From Anaeromyxobacter sp. (GTDB lineage: Bacteria > Myxococcota > Myxococcia > Myxococcales > Anaeromyxobacteraceae): a stretch of 64,000 bases of DNA. The position numbers and the translations under genes are program-made. This document shows, one piece after another, positions 1-8,310 of the stretch. Location: assembly GCA_049840735.1 (NCBI GenBank), contig JASGJN010000022.1, forward strand, positions 256,001-320,000, written 5' to 3'. Position 1 is the stretch's first letter. Every line of letters starts with the position of its first letter. Under the pieces are notes generated by a model. That model was given only the letters and a program-made list of their open reading frames with translations, ran no database searches and was not told the origin of the DNA.

Positions 1-1
1 G

Positions 2-295
2 ACCTACATCTCGCCGTTCGTGGGCCGCCTGGACGACATCTCCGAGGAGGGCATGTCCACGGTGGCGGACATCGTCCAGATCTACCGGAACTACGGGTTC
101 GAGACGAAGGTGCTGGTGGCCAGCGTCCGCCACCCCATCCACGTGCTCGAGGCCGCCCGGCTCGGGGCCGACGTGGCCACGCTCCCCTACAGCGTCATCG
201 AGCAGCTGGCCAAGCACCCGCTCACCGACGCGGGGCTCAAGAAGTTCCTGGCCGACTGGGAGAAGGTCCCCAAGGCGCCCAAGCCGGGCAAGTAG
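2..295 (+). CDS. tal: Transaldolase / fructose-6-phosphate aldolase family, 5'-truncated by window edge
   Basis: Frame from nt 2 reads [12 protein letters not shown]...VLVASVRHP...[15 protein letters not shown], the C-terminal motifs of the short TalC/FSA family. Confidence 0.93.
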   Translation, partial: TYISPFVGRLDDISEEGMSTVADIVQIYRNYGFETKVLVASVRHPIHVLEAARLGADVATLPYSVIEQLAKHPLTDAGLKKFLADWEKVPKAPKPGK

Positions 296-389
296 CGCCC
301 GCCCGCCCGTGGCCGCAGCGGGGGCGGGCTCCCCACGGCCGTGCCCCGTGCCCACGTTCCCCTCGGGCCGCGCTGCGGCCGGAGGGGGC

Positions 390-746
390 ATGGACCACCG
401 CTGGAAGCTCGAGCCACTGCGCCGCATCGGCGCGCTCCACGGCCACCGCGAGGTGCGGCTGCCGGACGAGCGCGGCGGCTGGCACCCGCTCCCGGCGGAC
501 GTCCGCAGGCTGGTGCGGACGGCCGGGTCGGCGCTGGCGGCCACCTCGCTGGTGCTGGCCTTCGCGGCGGGCGCGCAGGCGCCGGTCTACGGCGCGGGCG
601 ACGCGCGCATGAACGGCGCGCTGCCGTGGATCTTCGCGCTCTTCGCCGCCGCCGCCATCCTGGGCATCTTCCTGTTCGTGCTCTGGCTGGTGCGCGGGCC
701 GTCCTCGCGGCCCCCGGGCGCGCCACCGCCGGGGCACGCGCCGTAG
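390..746 (+). CDS. Small membrane protein, hypothetical
   Basis: GGAGGGGG RBS before ATG 390; two hydrophobic segments; high GC3. Confidence 0.55.
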   Translation: MDHRWKLEPLRRIGALHGHREVRLPDERGGWHPLPADVRRLVRTAGSALAATSLVLAFAAGAQAPVYGAGDARMNGALPWIFALFAAAAILGIFLFVLWLVRGPSSRPPGAPPPGHAP

Positions 747-815
747 AGGCGGCCTCGGGGCCCAGGCTCCAGGCCCCAGGAGAAGCGGGCGCGCGTGCGG
801 CGCCGGCTGCGGCGA

Positions 816-1259
816 TCAACCCAGCGTCACCCTGAACAGCCGCTTCTCCACGTCCTCCAGCGCGCCGGAGAGATCCGGGCGCGTGAGCCTGATCGCCTCG
901 GCGTGCTCCTTCAGCCCCAGGCAGCGCTCGGTGAGCAGCACCACCAGCAGGTGGAGCGCCGCCTCCTCGGCCGGCTGCAGCCCGGCCCGCCCGCGCTCCA
1001 GCTCCGCCTCATAGGCCTCGTACTGGCGCGTGAGGTCGAGCCGGGCCAGCAGCAGCGCCAGCCGGATCGCGCCCTCGCGCGGACGCGCGGAGATGCCGGC
1101 CTGCCAGCGCGCCTGCAGCTCGTCGCTCACCCAGTCCACGAAGGGCGGCGGCCAGCCCTGCAGCTCGGTGGCCAGCTCCTGGGCGAACCGCGTGAGGACG
1201 TAGGCCTTCACCGGCTGCTTCTGCCGCTCGTAGAGGAAGTCCCAGCGCCGGTCGCGCAT
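816..1259 (-). CDS. Hypothetical protein
   Basis: Coding-like composition (MRDRRWDFLYERQKQPVKAYVLTRF...); no recognised motif. Confidence 0.7.
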   Translation of the reverse strand: MRDRRWDFLYERQKQPVKAYVLTRFAQELATELQGWPPPFVDWVSDELQARWQAGISARPREGAIRLALLLARLDLTRQYEAYEAELERGRAGLQPAEEAALHLLVVLLTERCLGLKEHAEAIRLTRPDLSGALEDVEKRLFRVTLG

Positions 1260-1341
1260 GGGCGGGATCATACCGCGGACCGCCCGGCCACCGCAGGGCG
1301 GCGGGTGCGCGGCGCGGCCGCGCCGCCGGCCGGCGAGCGGC

Positions 1342-2175
1342 TCACGGGACGGCGGAGCGGGCCGGGGCCGCCGCGGGCTGGAGCTCGCGCTTGCGCCCGC
1401 CCTCGAGGGCGGTGAGCGGTCCGACCTTCACCGGCGCGTGCGCCTCGGCCAGCCGCAGCTCGCGCAGGATGGCGTCGTAGACGGAGCGGCGGGAGAGGAA
1501 GGCGTGGTGGCCGCCGCGGACCTCGACGTTGCCGAGGTGGGGGAGGTCGTGCGTCTCGAGCACCGCCGCCGGGTAGGGAGCGGAGCCGTCCTCGCGCGAC
1601 CAGATCGAGGTGAGCCGCACCTGCGCCGGCCACGGGCCGCTGGCCAGCCGCCGCAGGAAGGGCGAGCCCGGCACCATCTGCCAGAGCGAGCGGGCGAAGA
1701 AGCCGATGGGCGCGCCCAGGTACGCGACCGGGGTGCCGTTGTGCGGGGTCCCCAGCGTCACCACCGCCCGCGTGCGCCGCCAGCCGCCCAGCTTCTTCAC
1801 GTAGTAGGAGGCCACCAGCCCGCCCTTGGAGTGGCCGACGATGAGGAGCGGCCCGAGCGTGGGGTTGCGGGCGTAGATGCGCTCCACCTTGGCGCGGACG
1901 TAGTCGGCCAGGTCGTCGATGCCGCGGGTGTTGAGCGTGCGCCCCAGGCCGCCGAGGTCGAGCGTGAAGACGCCGTAGCCGTCGCGGCGCAGCCGCCGCT
2001 CCAGGACGTCGAAGGTGCGGCGCGAGGTGAAGAACCCGTGCAGCAGCAGGACCGGGCGGCGGCAGCGCGAGAAGTCGGTCCGCTTCACCACCCGCTGCCG
2101 GACCGAGCCGTCCAGCACCGCCGCCACGTGCTCCACGGCGCGTGCGGCACGACGGATGGCCCTCGCGATCTGCAT
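1342..2175 (-). CDS. Alpha/beta-hydrolase (lipase/esterase family)
   Basis: PVLLLHGF, nucleophile elbow GHSKGG, VTLGTPHNGT, C-terminal His (GHHAFL); GGAGG RBS. Confidence 0.88.
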   Translation of the reverse strand: MQIARAIRRAARAVEHVAAVLDGSVRQRVVKRTDFSRCRRPVLLLHGFFTSRRTFDVLERRLRRDGYGVFTLDLGGLGRTLNTRGIDDLADYVRAKVERIYARNPTLGPLLIVGHSKGGLVASYYVKKLGGWRRTRAVVTLGTPHNGTPVAYLGAPIGFFARSLWQMVPGSPFLRRLASGPWPAQVRLTSIWSREDGSAPYPAAVLETHDLPHLGNVEVRGGHHAFLSRRSVYDAILRELRLAEAHAPVKVGPLTALEGGRKRELQPAAAPARSAVP

Positions 2176-2483
2176 CCCGCCTCCCTCCAGCCAATCTAGC
2201 GAGCGGTCATCGGTCGTGCAGCCGGCTTCTCGCTCAGGGACGGTCCCGAGTCGCGGCGTCACCTGTGCGCGGGGCCGCCACCCGCCGCCACCCGAGCATG
2301 AAGCCGCGCACCCGGGCCGGCGGGCACCTGCGCCGCCTCGGGCTCGGGCCGGCCGACGCCAGCCCGGCTGCACCAGCGGTGAGGACGCGGCGCATCAGGG
2401 GAGTGTGGCCACCCCCGCTTGAGCCCCCCACGCCCCCGCGCTAAGTAGACGCCTCCCGCTCGGCGGGGATGGAGGCCGGCCAC

Positions 2484-3497
2484 ATGCTCGTCGTCATGAC
2501 CCCCCACGCCACCCCGGAGGACATCGAGCGGGTCTGCGAGAAGATCCGCTCCCTGGGCCTCTCCCCGCACCCCATGCCGGGCGCGCAGCGGACGGCGGTC
2601 GGGATCACCGGCAACAAGGGCGGCCTCGAGCCCGAGCTGTTCACCACGCTCCCGGGCGTGGCCGACGCCATCCGCGTGTCGCAGCCGTTCAAGCTGGTCT
2701 CGCGCGAGGTGAAGGAGGAGGACACCGTCATCGACGTGGGCGGGGTGCCCCTGGGCGGCCCCACGCTGGCGGTGATGGCCGGCCCCTGCTCGGTGGAGTC
2801 GAGGGAGCAGCTGCTGGAGGCGGCCCACGCGGTGAAGGCCGCCGGCGCCCGCTTCCTGCGCGGCGGCGCGTTCAAGCCGCGCACCAGCCCCTACGAGTTC
2901 CAGGGGCTGGCGGAGGAGGGGCTGAAGCTGCTGGCGCTGGCGCGCGAGCAGACCGGGCTCAAGGTGGTGACCGAGGTGATGGACGTCGAGACGCTGCCCA
3001 TGGTCTCGGACTACGCCGACGTCCTGCAGATCGGCGCCCGCAACATGCAGAACTTCTCGCTGCTCAAGCAGCTGGGGGCCATCCGCAAGCCCATCCTGCT
3101 CAAGCGCGGCCCCTCCGCCACGCTCAAGGAGTGGCTGATGGCGGCGGAGTACATCGCTTCGCGCGGCAACTACCAGATCGCGCTCTGCGAGCGCGGCATC
3201 CGCACCTTCGAGACCATGACCCGCAACACGCTCGACCTGAACGCCGTGCCGGTGCTCAAGGCGCTGACGCACCTGCCGGTGATCGTGGACCCCTCGCACG
3301 GCATCGGCCTGCGCGCCCACGTGCCCGCCATGGCCCGTGCCGGGGTGGCCGCCGGTGCCGACGGGATCATCGTCGAGGTCCACTGCCACCCCGAGCAGGC
3401 GCTCTCCGACGGCCAGCAGTCGCTCACGCCGCCGGAGTTCCAGGAGCTGTTCCGGCAGGTGAAGGTGATCGCCGGCGCGGTGGGGCGGACGGTGTAG
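2484..3497 (+). CDS. aroF: 3-deoxy-7-phosphoheptulonate (DAHP) synthase, class I-beta with N-terminal regulatory domain
   Basis: [45 protein letters not shown] motifs. Confidence 0.96.
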   Translation: MLVVMTPHATPEDIERVCEKIRSLGLSPHPMPGAQRTAVGITGNKGGLEPELFTTLPGVADAIRVSQPFKLVSREVKEEDTVIDVGGVPLGGPTLAVMAGPCSVESREQLLEAAHAVKAAGARFLRGGAFKPRTSPYEFQGLAEEGLKLLALAREQTGLKVVTEVMDVETLPMVSDYADVLQIGARNMQNFSLLKQLGAIRKPILLKRGPSATLKEWLMAAEYIASRGNYQIALCERGIRTFETMTRNTLDLNAVPVLKALTHLPVIVDPSHGIGLRAHVPAMARAGVAAGADGIIVEVHCHPEQALSDGQQSLTPPEFQELFRQVKVIAGAVGRTV

Positions 3498-3511
3498 CGG
3501 AAGGGTGGGAC

Positions 3512-5218
3512 TCATGCCCGCGCCACCGGCAGCGGGTCGGCCTCGGGCCGCCCGGTGAAGAGCTGCCCCTGGCGCAGCCAGACCAGCGCCTTGGTCACCG
3601 GCTCGCGGTAGACCTCCAGGTAGCCGCCGTGCACGCCGACCAGGTGGTGGAAGGAGCAGAGCCCGACCAGGTTCTCGGGATCATCGGTGCCGCCACGGGA
3701 GCGCGGGATGATGTGGTGCGCGTGGGCCGAGGCGTGGCTGCACCCGGGCACCTGGCAGCGGCCGTCGTCCCGCGCCCGGATCTCCTGCGACTTCGTCTTC
3801 CGCTGCTTCCCCTGCTGCTCCCAGGTGACCAGGAAGTGCGCGGACATGATGGCCAGGCAGCGGCCCATGGACAGGTTGGTCCCGAACTTCGCCCGGGCAT
3901 TGAACACGGCGGCCGCCAGGAGCAGGGCCAGGTGCTCCGGCAGGACCGCTGACACCTTGGAGGCGGCACGCAGCTGCGCCGCCTGCTCCTCGGCCACCTC
4001 GACCCGGAGCTGGGCGCTGGTGACCTCCGTCGCGTGCTCCCTCCAGCTCTCCCGCTGCGCCTCCGGCAGCCTGGCCAGCTCGCACAGCCGCTGGTAGGGC
4101 AGCCCCGCCTCGCGCGCCGCCTGCAACGCCAGCGAGGCCTGCACCTTGCCTTCGACCGCCACCCGCTGCTCCAGCGCCCGCGCCGGCAGCCCCAGCCGCT
4201 CCTCGACGTAGTGGGCGAAGGAGTCGAACCCCAGCTTGCGGTGCACGCCCGCCTGCTTCACGCCCAGCGCCAGCTCGGCCACGATCTCGTCCAGCTCGGC
4301 CCGCGCCCTGGCCACCTGGCGCAGCTTCGCGTCGGTGGTGTTGGCGTCGTCCGCGTCGTCGAACTCGATCTCCAGCGCCAGCAGCGCCGCCTCCACCTTG
4401 GGCAGGTGAGCCCAGCCGCCCTGCTCGGCCTCGGCCATGGCCCGCCGCTGCGGCTCGGAGAAGAGCGGCCGGAAGCCCAGGGACGGAGTGGGCGCGACCA
4501 GCTGGTCGGAGCTACCGGGCATGGCGCCCAGGAACTCCTGCACGATGACCTCGATGCGCCGCGTCCGGCTGGCGCCGGGCTCGACCCGCCCGGCCAGCTC
4601 CAGCGCCTCGTCGATGAGCAGCCGCTCATCCTCGGTGGTCTGCGCCAGGATCCGGTAGAGCGGCGCGTCCTCGTCGTCGGGCGGCGCGCCGGCGACCGCC
4701 CGCACCTCCAGCTCCAGCGCGCGCACCGTGTACTGCCTGGCCTTCTCCACCCACTCCGCCTCGGCCTCCCCCTTGGCCACCGGCACGATGACCTGCGCCG
4801 CCCGCAGCTTCAGGTCGCCCGACCAGAGCGCCGCCCGCAGCACCTTGCGCTCCCGCAGCGCCCTCCCCAGCGCCGCCAGGCCCCGCGTGGCACGCTCGCC
4901 CAGGTCCAGCATCTCGCGGCCGTAGTCCCTGAGGTGATAGCCCAGCTCGGCCAGCCGGTTCCCCCGCTGCATCTGGTGCAGCCCCTCGGCGATGAGGGCG
5001 TCGAACCGCCCCTGGGCGCGCGCCAGGTGGACCAGGCCCAGCTCGGCGAAGTCGGCGTTCCGACCGCCACGGGCGAAGACCACGCGGAGGGGAGCGGTCT
5101 CGTCCCCCGGAGCCGGCTCCGCCTCCAGCCGGCCCCAGTAGGCCGGCGGCGGCTTCACGTCCACCAGCTCGACCGGCTCGCGGGCCCAGACCACGATCTC
5201 TCGGAAGCGCGTTTCCAT
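3512..5218 (-). CDS. HNH endonuclease-domain protein with long helical N-terminal region (DUF222/13E12-like architecture)
   Basis: C-terminal RDDGRCQVPGC...HHIIPRSRGGTDDPENLVGLCSFHH; start uncertain (5218 or 5227). Confidence 0.85.
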   Translation of the reverse strand: METRFREIVVWAREPVELVDVKPPPAYWGRLEAEPAPGDETAPLRVVFARGGRNADFAELGLVHLARAQGRFDALIAEGLHQMQRGNRLAELGYHLRDYGREMLDLGERATRGLAALGRALRERKVLRAALWSGDLKLRAAQVIVPVAKGEAEAEWVEKARQYTVRALELEVRAVAGAPPDDEDAPLYRILAQTTEDERLLIDEALELAGRVEPGASRTRRIEVIVQEFLGAMPGSSDQLVAPTPSLGFRPLFSEPQRRAMAEAEQGGWAHLPKVEAALLALEIEFDDADDANTTDAKLRQVARARAELDEIVAELALGVKQAGVHRKLGFDSFAHYVEERLGLPARALEQRVAVEGKVQASLALQAAREAGLPYQRLCELARLPEAQRESWREHATEVTSAQLRVEVAEEQAAQLRAASKVSAVLPEHLALLLAAAVFNARAKFGTNLSMGRCLAIMSAHFLVTWEQQGKQRKTKSQEIRARDDGRCQVPGCSHASAHAHHIIPRSRGGTDDPENLVGLCSFHHLVGVHGGYLEVYREPVTKALVWLRQGQLFTGRPEADPLPVARA

Positions 5219-5247
5219 CGCCTGCATCCTGGCAGGAGAAGCGAACA

Positions 5248-5263
5248 CTGAACAGATGTTCCG
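5248..5263. promoter_or_regulatory. Putative LexA (SOS) box upstream of the HNH gene
   Basis: CTGAACAGATGTTCCG contains GAAC-N4-GTTC; its reverse complement CGGAACATCTGTTCAG closely fits the myxobacterial LexA consensus ending GTTCAG. Confidence 0.6.
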
Positions 5264-5316
5264 TTGGGTTCGTCCGCTGGTGGGAGAGCGCCGCCTGGCG
5301 CCGAAGCGTCGACCGC

Positions 5317-5724
5317 TCACTCCGCCGCCCGCACCGCCACCACCCGCGCGCTCCACGGGCAGTACTGCCGGACCGTCCCGATCCAGTAGGCCTTGTCGGC
5401 CTCGACGAAGCCCGGGCAGCCGTCGCACAGCTCGACGGTGAGGTCGGCCCAGGCCGGCGTGGCCGGGTCCACGTGCCAGGTCCACTGTGGGTCAACACCG
5501 GCGCCGTCCACCAGGTCGAACACCGGGACGCGCCGGGCGTCCTGCTCCAGCAGCCGCTGCGCCTCGGCCAGGAAGGCGCGGTTCGCGACCTCGATCGTCA
5601 GCGTCTGGTCGCAGATGCGCAGCTCGACCTGGCCGGCGGCAGGGGTGCCCTGGGCCGGATGCGACGGGCCGCAGGCGGTCAGGAGCGCGAGGACGGCAGC
5701 GGGGAGGAGGCGGTGTGTAGACAC
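5317..5724 (-). CDS. Lipoprotein, BP74-like domain
   Basis: Lipobox LLTAC; WTWHVDP...ELCDG...YCPWSARVV pattern resembles BP74-related proteins. Confidence 0.65.
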   Translation of the reverse strand: MSTHRLLPAAVLALLTACGPSHPAQGTPAAGQVELRICDQTLTIEVANRAFLAEAQRLLEQDARRVPVFDLVDGAGVDPQWTWHVDPATPAWADLTVELCDGCPGFVEADKAYWIGTVRQYCPWSARVVAVRAAE

Positions 5725-5930
5725 GTTGTCACCTGATCCGGGTGCGCGGCCGGGTCGTGGGCGCCGCGCCTGTCCACCTTCTCGACACGGTGGCGCGTGT
5801 GGAACGGAACGTATACACGCACCCGCCCTCACCGGGCGCGGCGGGTGCGCGCGCCCCTCGCGCCCCCCTGGCCTCGAAGCCCCTCCGGTGGCATCCTCGG
5901 GTCCGGGGCGGAAGGAACCAGCGGGCGCCG

Positions 5931-7937
5931 ATGATCTTCCCGAAGTGGCTGCACACCATCCACCACGATGGCTCGCCGAAGTACCTCTCCAGCCTCCACC
6001 CCGCGGTGGGCGAGCGGGTGCGCGTGCGGCTGCGGGTGGGCGCCACGGCCCCGGTGCGGCGCGTCTTCATCCGGACCAGCGGCGAAGGTGAGCAGGGGCT
6101 GACGCAGCTCGTCGCCGGGCCGCGCACGCCTCCGTCGCAGTGGTTCCACGTGGACCTGGTGATCCGGGACCCGGCCACGCACTACCGCTTCGTGCTGGAG
6201 GCCGACGACTCGGTCTGGTGGTACACGGCCGCCGGCTGCGCCGCCTTCAACCCGCTCGACGGCCAGGACTTCAAGATCGTCGCCGGCGCGGCGCCGGCCT
6301 GGCTGCGCTCCGCCACCATCTACGAGATCTTCCCCGACCGCTTCGCGCGGGGCGACGGGCCGCTGTCCGGCGATCCGGCGCTCGACCTGCAGGGCGGCGA
6401 CCTGCCCGGCATCACCGCCAGGCTCGACCACCTGCAGGCGCTGGGCTGCGACACGCTCTACCTCAACCCCATCTTCACCTCGCCCTCGAGCCACCGCTAC
6501 GACTGCAGCGATCACGAGCACGTCGATCCGCGCCTGGGGGGCGACGAGGCGCTGGTGGCGCTGCGGCAGGCGCTGGACGCGCGCGGCATGCGCTACCTGC
6601 TGGCGGTGGAGCTGCGCCACGTCAGCGATCAGCACGGCTGGTTCAAGGCCGCGCAGGCCGATCGCGCCTCGCCCGAGGGCAGCTTCTTCCGCTTCCACGG
6701 CGAGGGCGCCGAGGCCTGGGACAGCTGGCTGGGCGTCCCCTCGCTCCCCATCCTCGACTACGGCAGCCCCGAGCTGCGCCGCCGCATCTACGGCGACCCG
6801 GACGCGCTGGTGCGCCGCTGGCTGCGCCCGCCCTTCTCCGCCGACGGCTACGGCACCAACCTCCCCGAGCGCCACGCCTGGGGCGACGACCTGGACCCCT
6901 CGGCGCTGGGCCGGTCGCTGCGCAGGGCCATCAAGGAGACCCGCCCGGACGCCTACTTCGTCACCCGCAACTTCACCGACGTGACCTGGCAGCTCCAGGG
7001 CGACCAGCTGGACGGCTTCGCCGACTTCGGCTCCTTCACCTTCCCGCTCTTCAACTGGCTGCGCGGCTACCGCGAGGAGGCGCACGGCGTGGACGATCCG
7101 CCCGGCGTCCGCCTCTGGCCCACGGCCGCGCTGGAGGCCGCCTGGCGGCATGGGCGCGCCGCCATCCCCTGGAGCGTGGCGCTGCAGCAGCACACGCAGC
7201 TGGGCAGCCAGGACCTGCCCCGCATCCGGACCGTGCTGCGCGGCGACGACGTGCTGCACCAGATCGCGGCGGTGCTCCAGTTCACCTACCCGGGCGTGCC
7301 GGGCCTCTACTACGGCGACGAGGTCGGCCTGGGCGACGTGCCCGGCTTCGGCCAGCGCGGCCCCATGACCTGGGACCCGGCGCAGTGGCACCAGGGGCTC
7401 TTCTCGCTCTACCGCGACCTGATCGCGCTCCGGCGCGACTCGCCGGCGCTGCAGGTGGGCGGGTTCCAGGTGCTGCTGGTCGATCGCGACACGCTGGCCT
7501 TCCAGCGCGAGGGCGTGGATCAGCGCGTGCTGGTGATCGCGCACCGCGGGCAGCGCCCCCGCCCGGCGGGCCGCCTGGGGCTCGCGCACGGCGGCGTGGC
7601 GGACGGCACGAAGTTCGTGGAGCGGTTCTCCGGGCAGACGGCGATGGTGGAGCGCGGCGCGCTCCCGCTGCCCGAGATCATCCGCGGCGCCACCATCTGG
7701 ATCGCCACCGAGGCGCCGGCGCCGCTGCCGGTGGTGGGCGAGGGGGAGGGCTCGGCCGAGGCCGAGGCCGAGGTGCGCCGGCCGGCGCGCCGGATCACGC
7801 CGCGCTGCCCGGTGTGCGGCCGGAAGGACGGCGCGCGGCGCGAGCGGCGCCTCACCGCCATGGACATCGCCGGGCGGGACCGCTGGGTCTGCCTCTGGTG
7901 CGGCGCCACCTGGTGGAGCGAGCGGCGCCGGCGCTGA
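5931..7937 (+). CDS. GH13 maltodextrin-glucosidase-like protein with degenerate catalytic motifs and C-terminal Zn ribbon
   Basis: IYEIFPDRFA, GGDLPGI, LYLNPIFTSPSSHRYD, TYPGVPGLYYGDEVG; catalytic regions altered; C-terminal CPVC...CLWC. Confidence 0.85.
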   Translation: MIFPKWLHTIHHDGSPKYLSSLHPAVGERVRVRLRVGATAPVRRVFIRTSGEGEQGLTQLVAGPRTPPSQWFHVDLVIRDPATHYRFVLEADDSVWWYTAAGCAAFNPLDGQDFKIVAGAAPAWLRSATIYEIFPDRFARGDGPLSGDPALDLQGGDLPGITARLDHLQALGCDTLYLNPIFTSPSSHRYDCSDHEHVDPRLGGDEALVALRQALDARGMRYLLAVELRHVSDQHGWFKAAQADRASPEGSFFRFHGEGAEAWDSWLGVPSLPILDYGSPELRRRIYGDPDALVRRWLRPPFSADGYGTNLPERHAWGDDLDPSALGRSLRRAIKETRPDAYFVTRNFTDVTWQLQGDQLDGFADFGSFTFPLFNWLRGYREEAHGVDDPPGVRLWPTAALEAAWRHGRAAIPWSVALQQHTQLGSQDLPRIRTVLRGDDVLHQIAAVLQFTYPGVPGLYYGDEVGLGDVPGFGQRGPMTWDPAQWHQGLFSLYRDLIALRRDSPALQVGGFQVLLVDRDTLAFQREGVDQRVLVIAHRGQRPRPAGRLGLAHGGVADGTKFVERFSGQTAMVERGALPLPEIIRGATIWIATEAPAPLPVVGEGEGSAEAEAEVRRPARRITPRCPVCGRKDGARRERRLTAMDIAGRDRWVCLWCGATWWSERRRR

Positions 7938-8310
7938 GCGCTCCGCACGGTCGCTGCCTGGGGGCCGGCTGCCCCCGGAGGTGTCTGCCCGGCTGGGATG
8001 GAGAGGGAGTTCCCTGCGAACCTTCGGGTTCCCTCTAAAGTATCAGCAGTGCTCACTCTGCGTCCGCGATTCGAGCACGACCCAGGCGCCCAACCTCCCG
8101 TCACCATTGGTGACGCCAAGGTGACGAAAGGTGGAGCGTCCCGCGCGACTGTGGGGAACTGAACCACAGTTGCGCGGCGGCTCGACGGGCCTGCCGTTTG
8201 TCAGCAAGCGCGCAGGCTTCTACGGTTTCGCGCACACATCGACTGGCCAGTCGGGGGGTGCCCGCGCGTGCGCGCAGGCAGCGGCGACCAGTCCGTGTCT
8301 GGAGGGTGCG

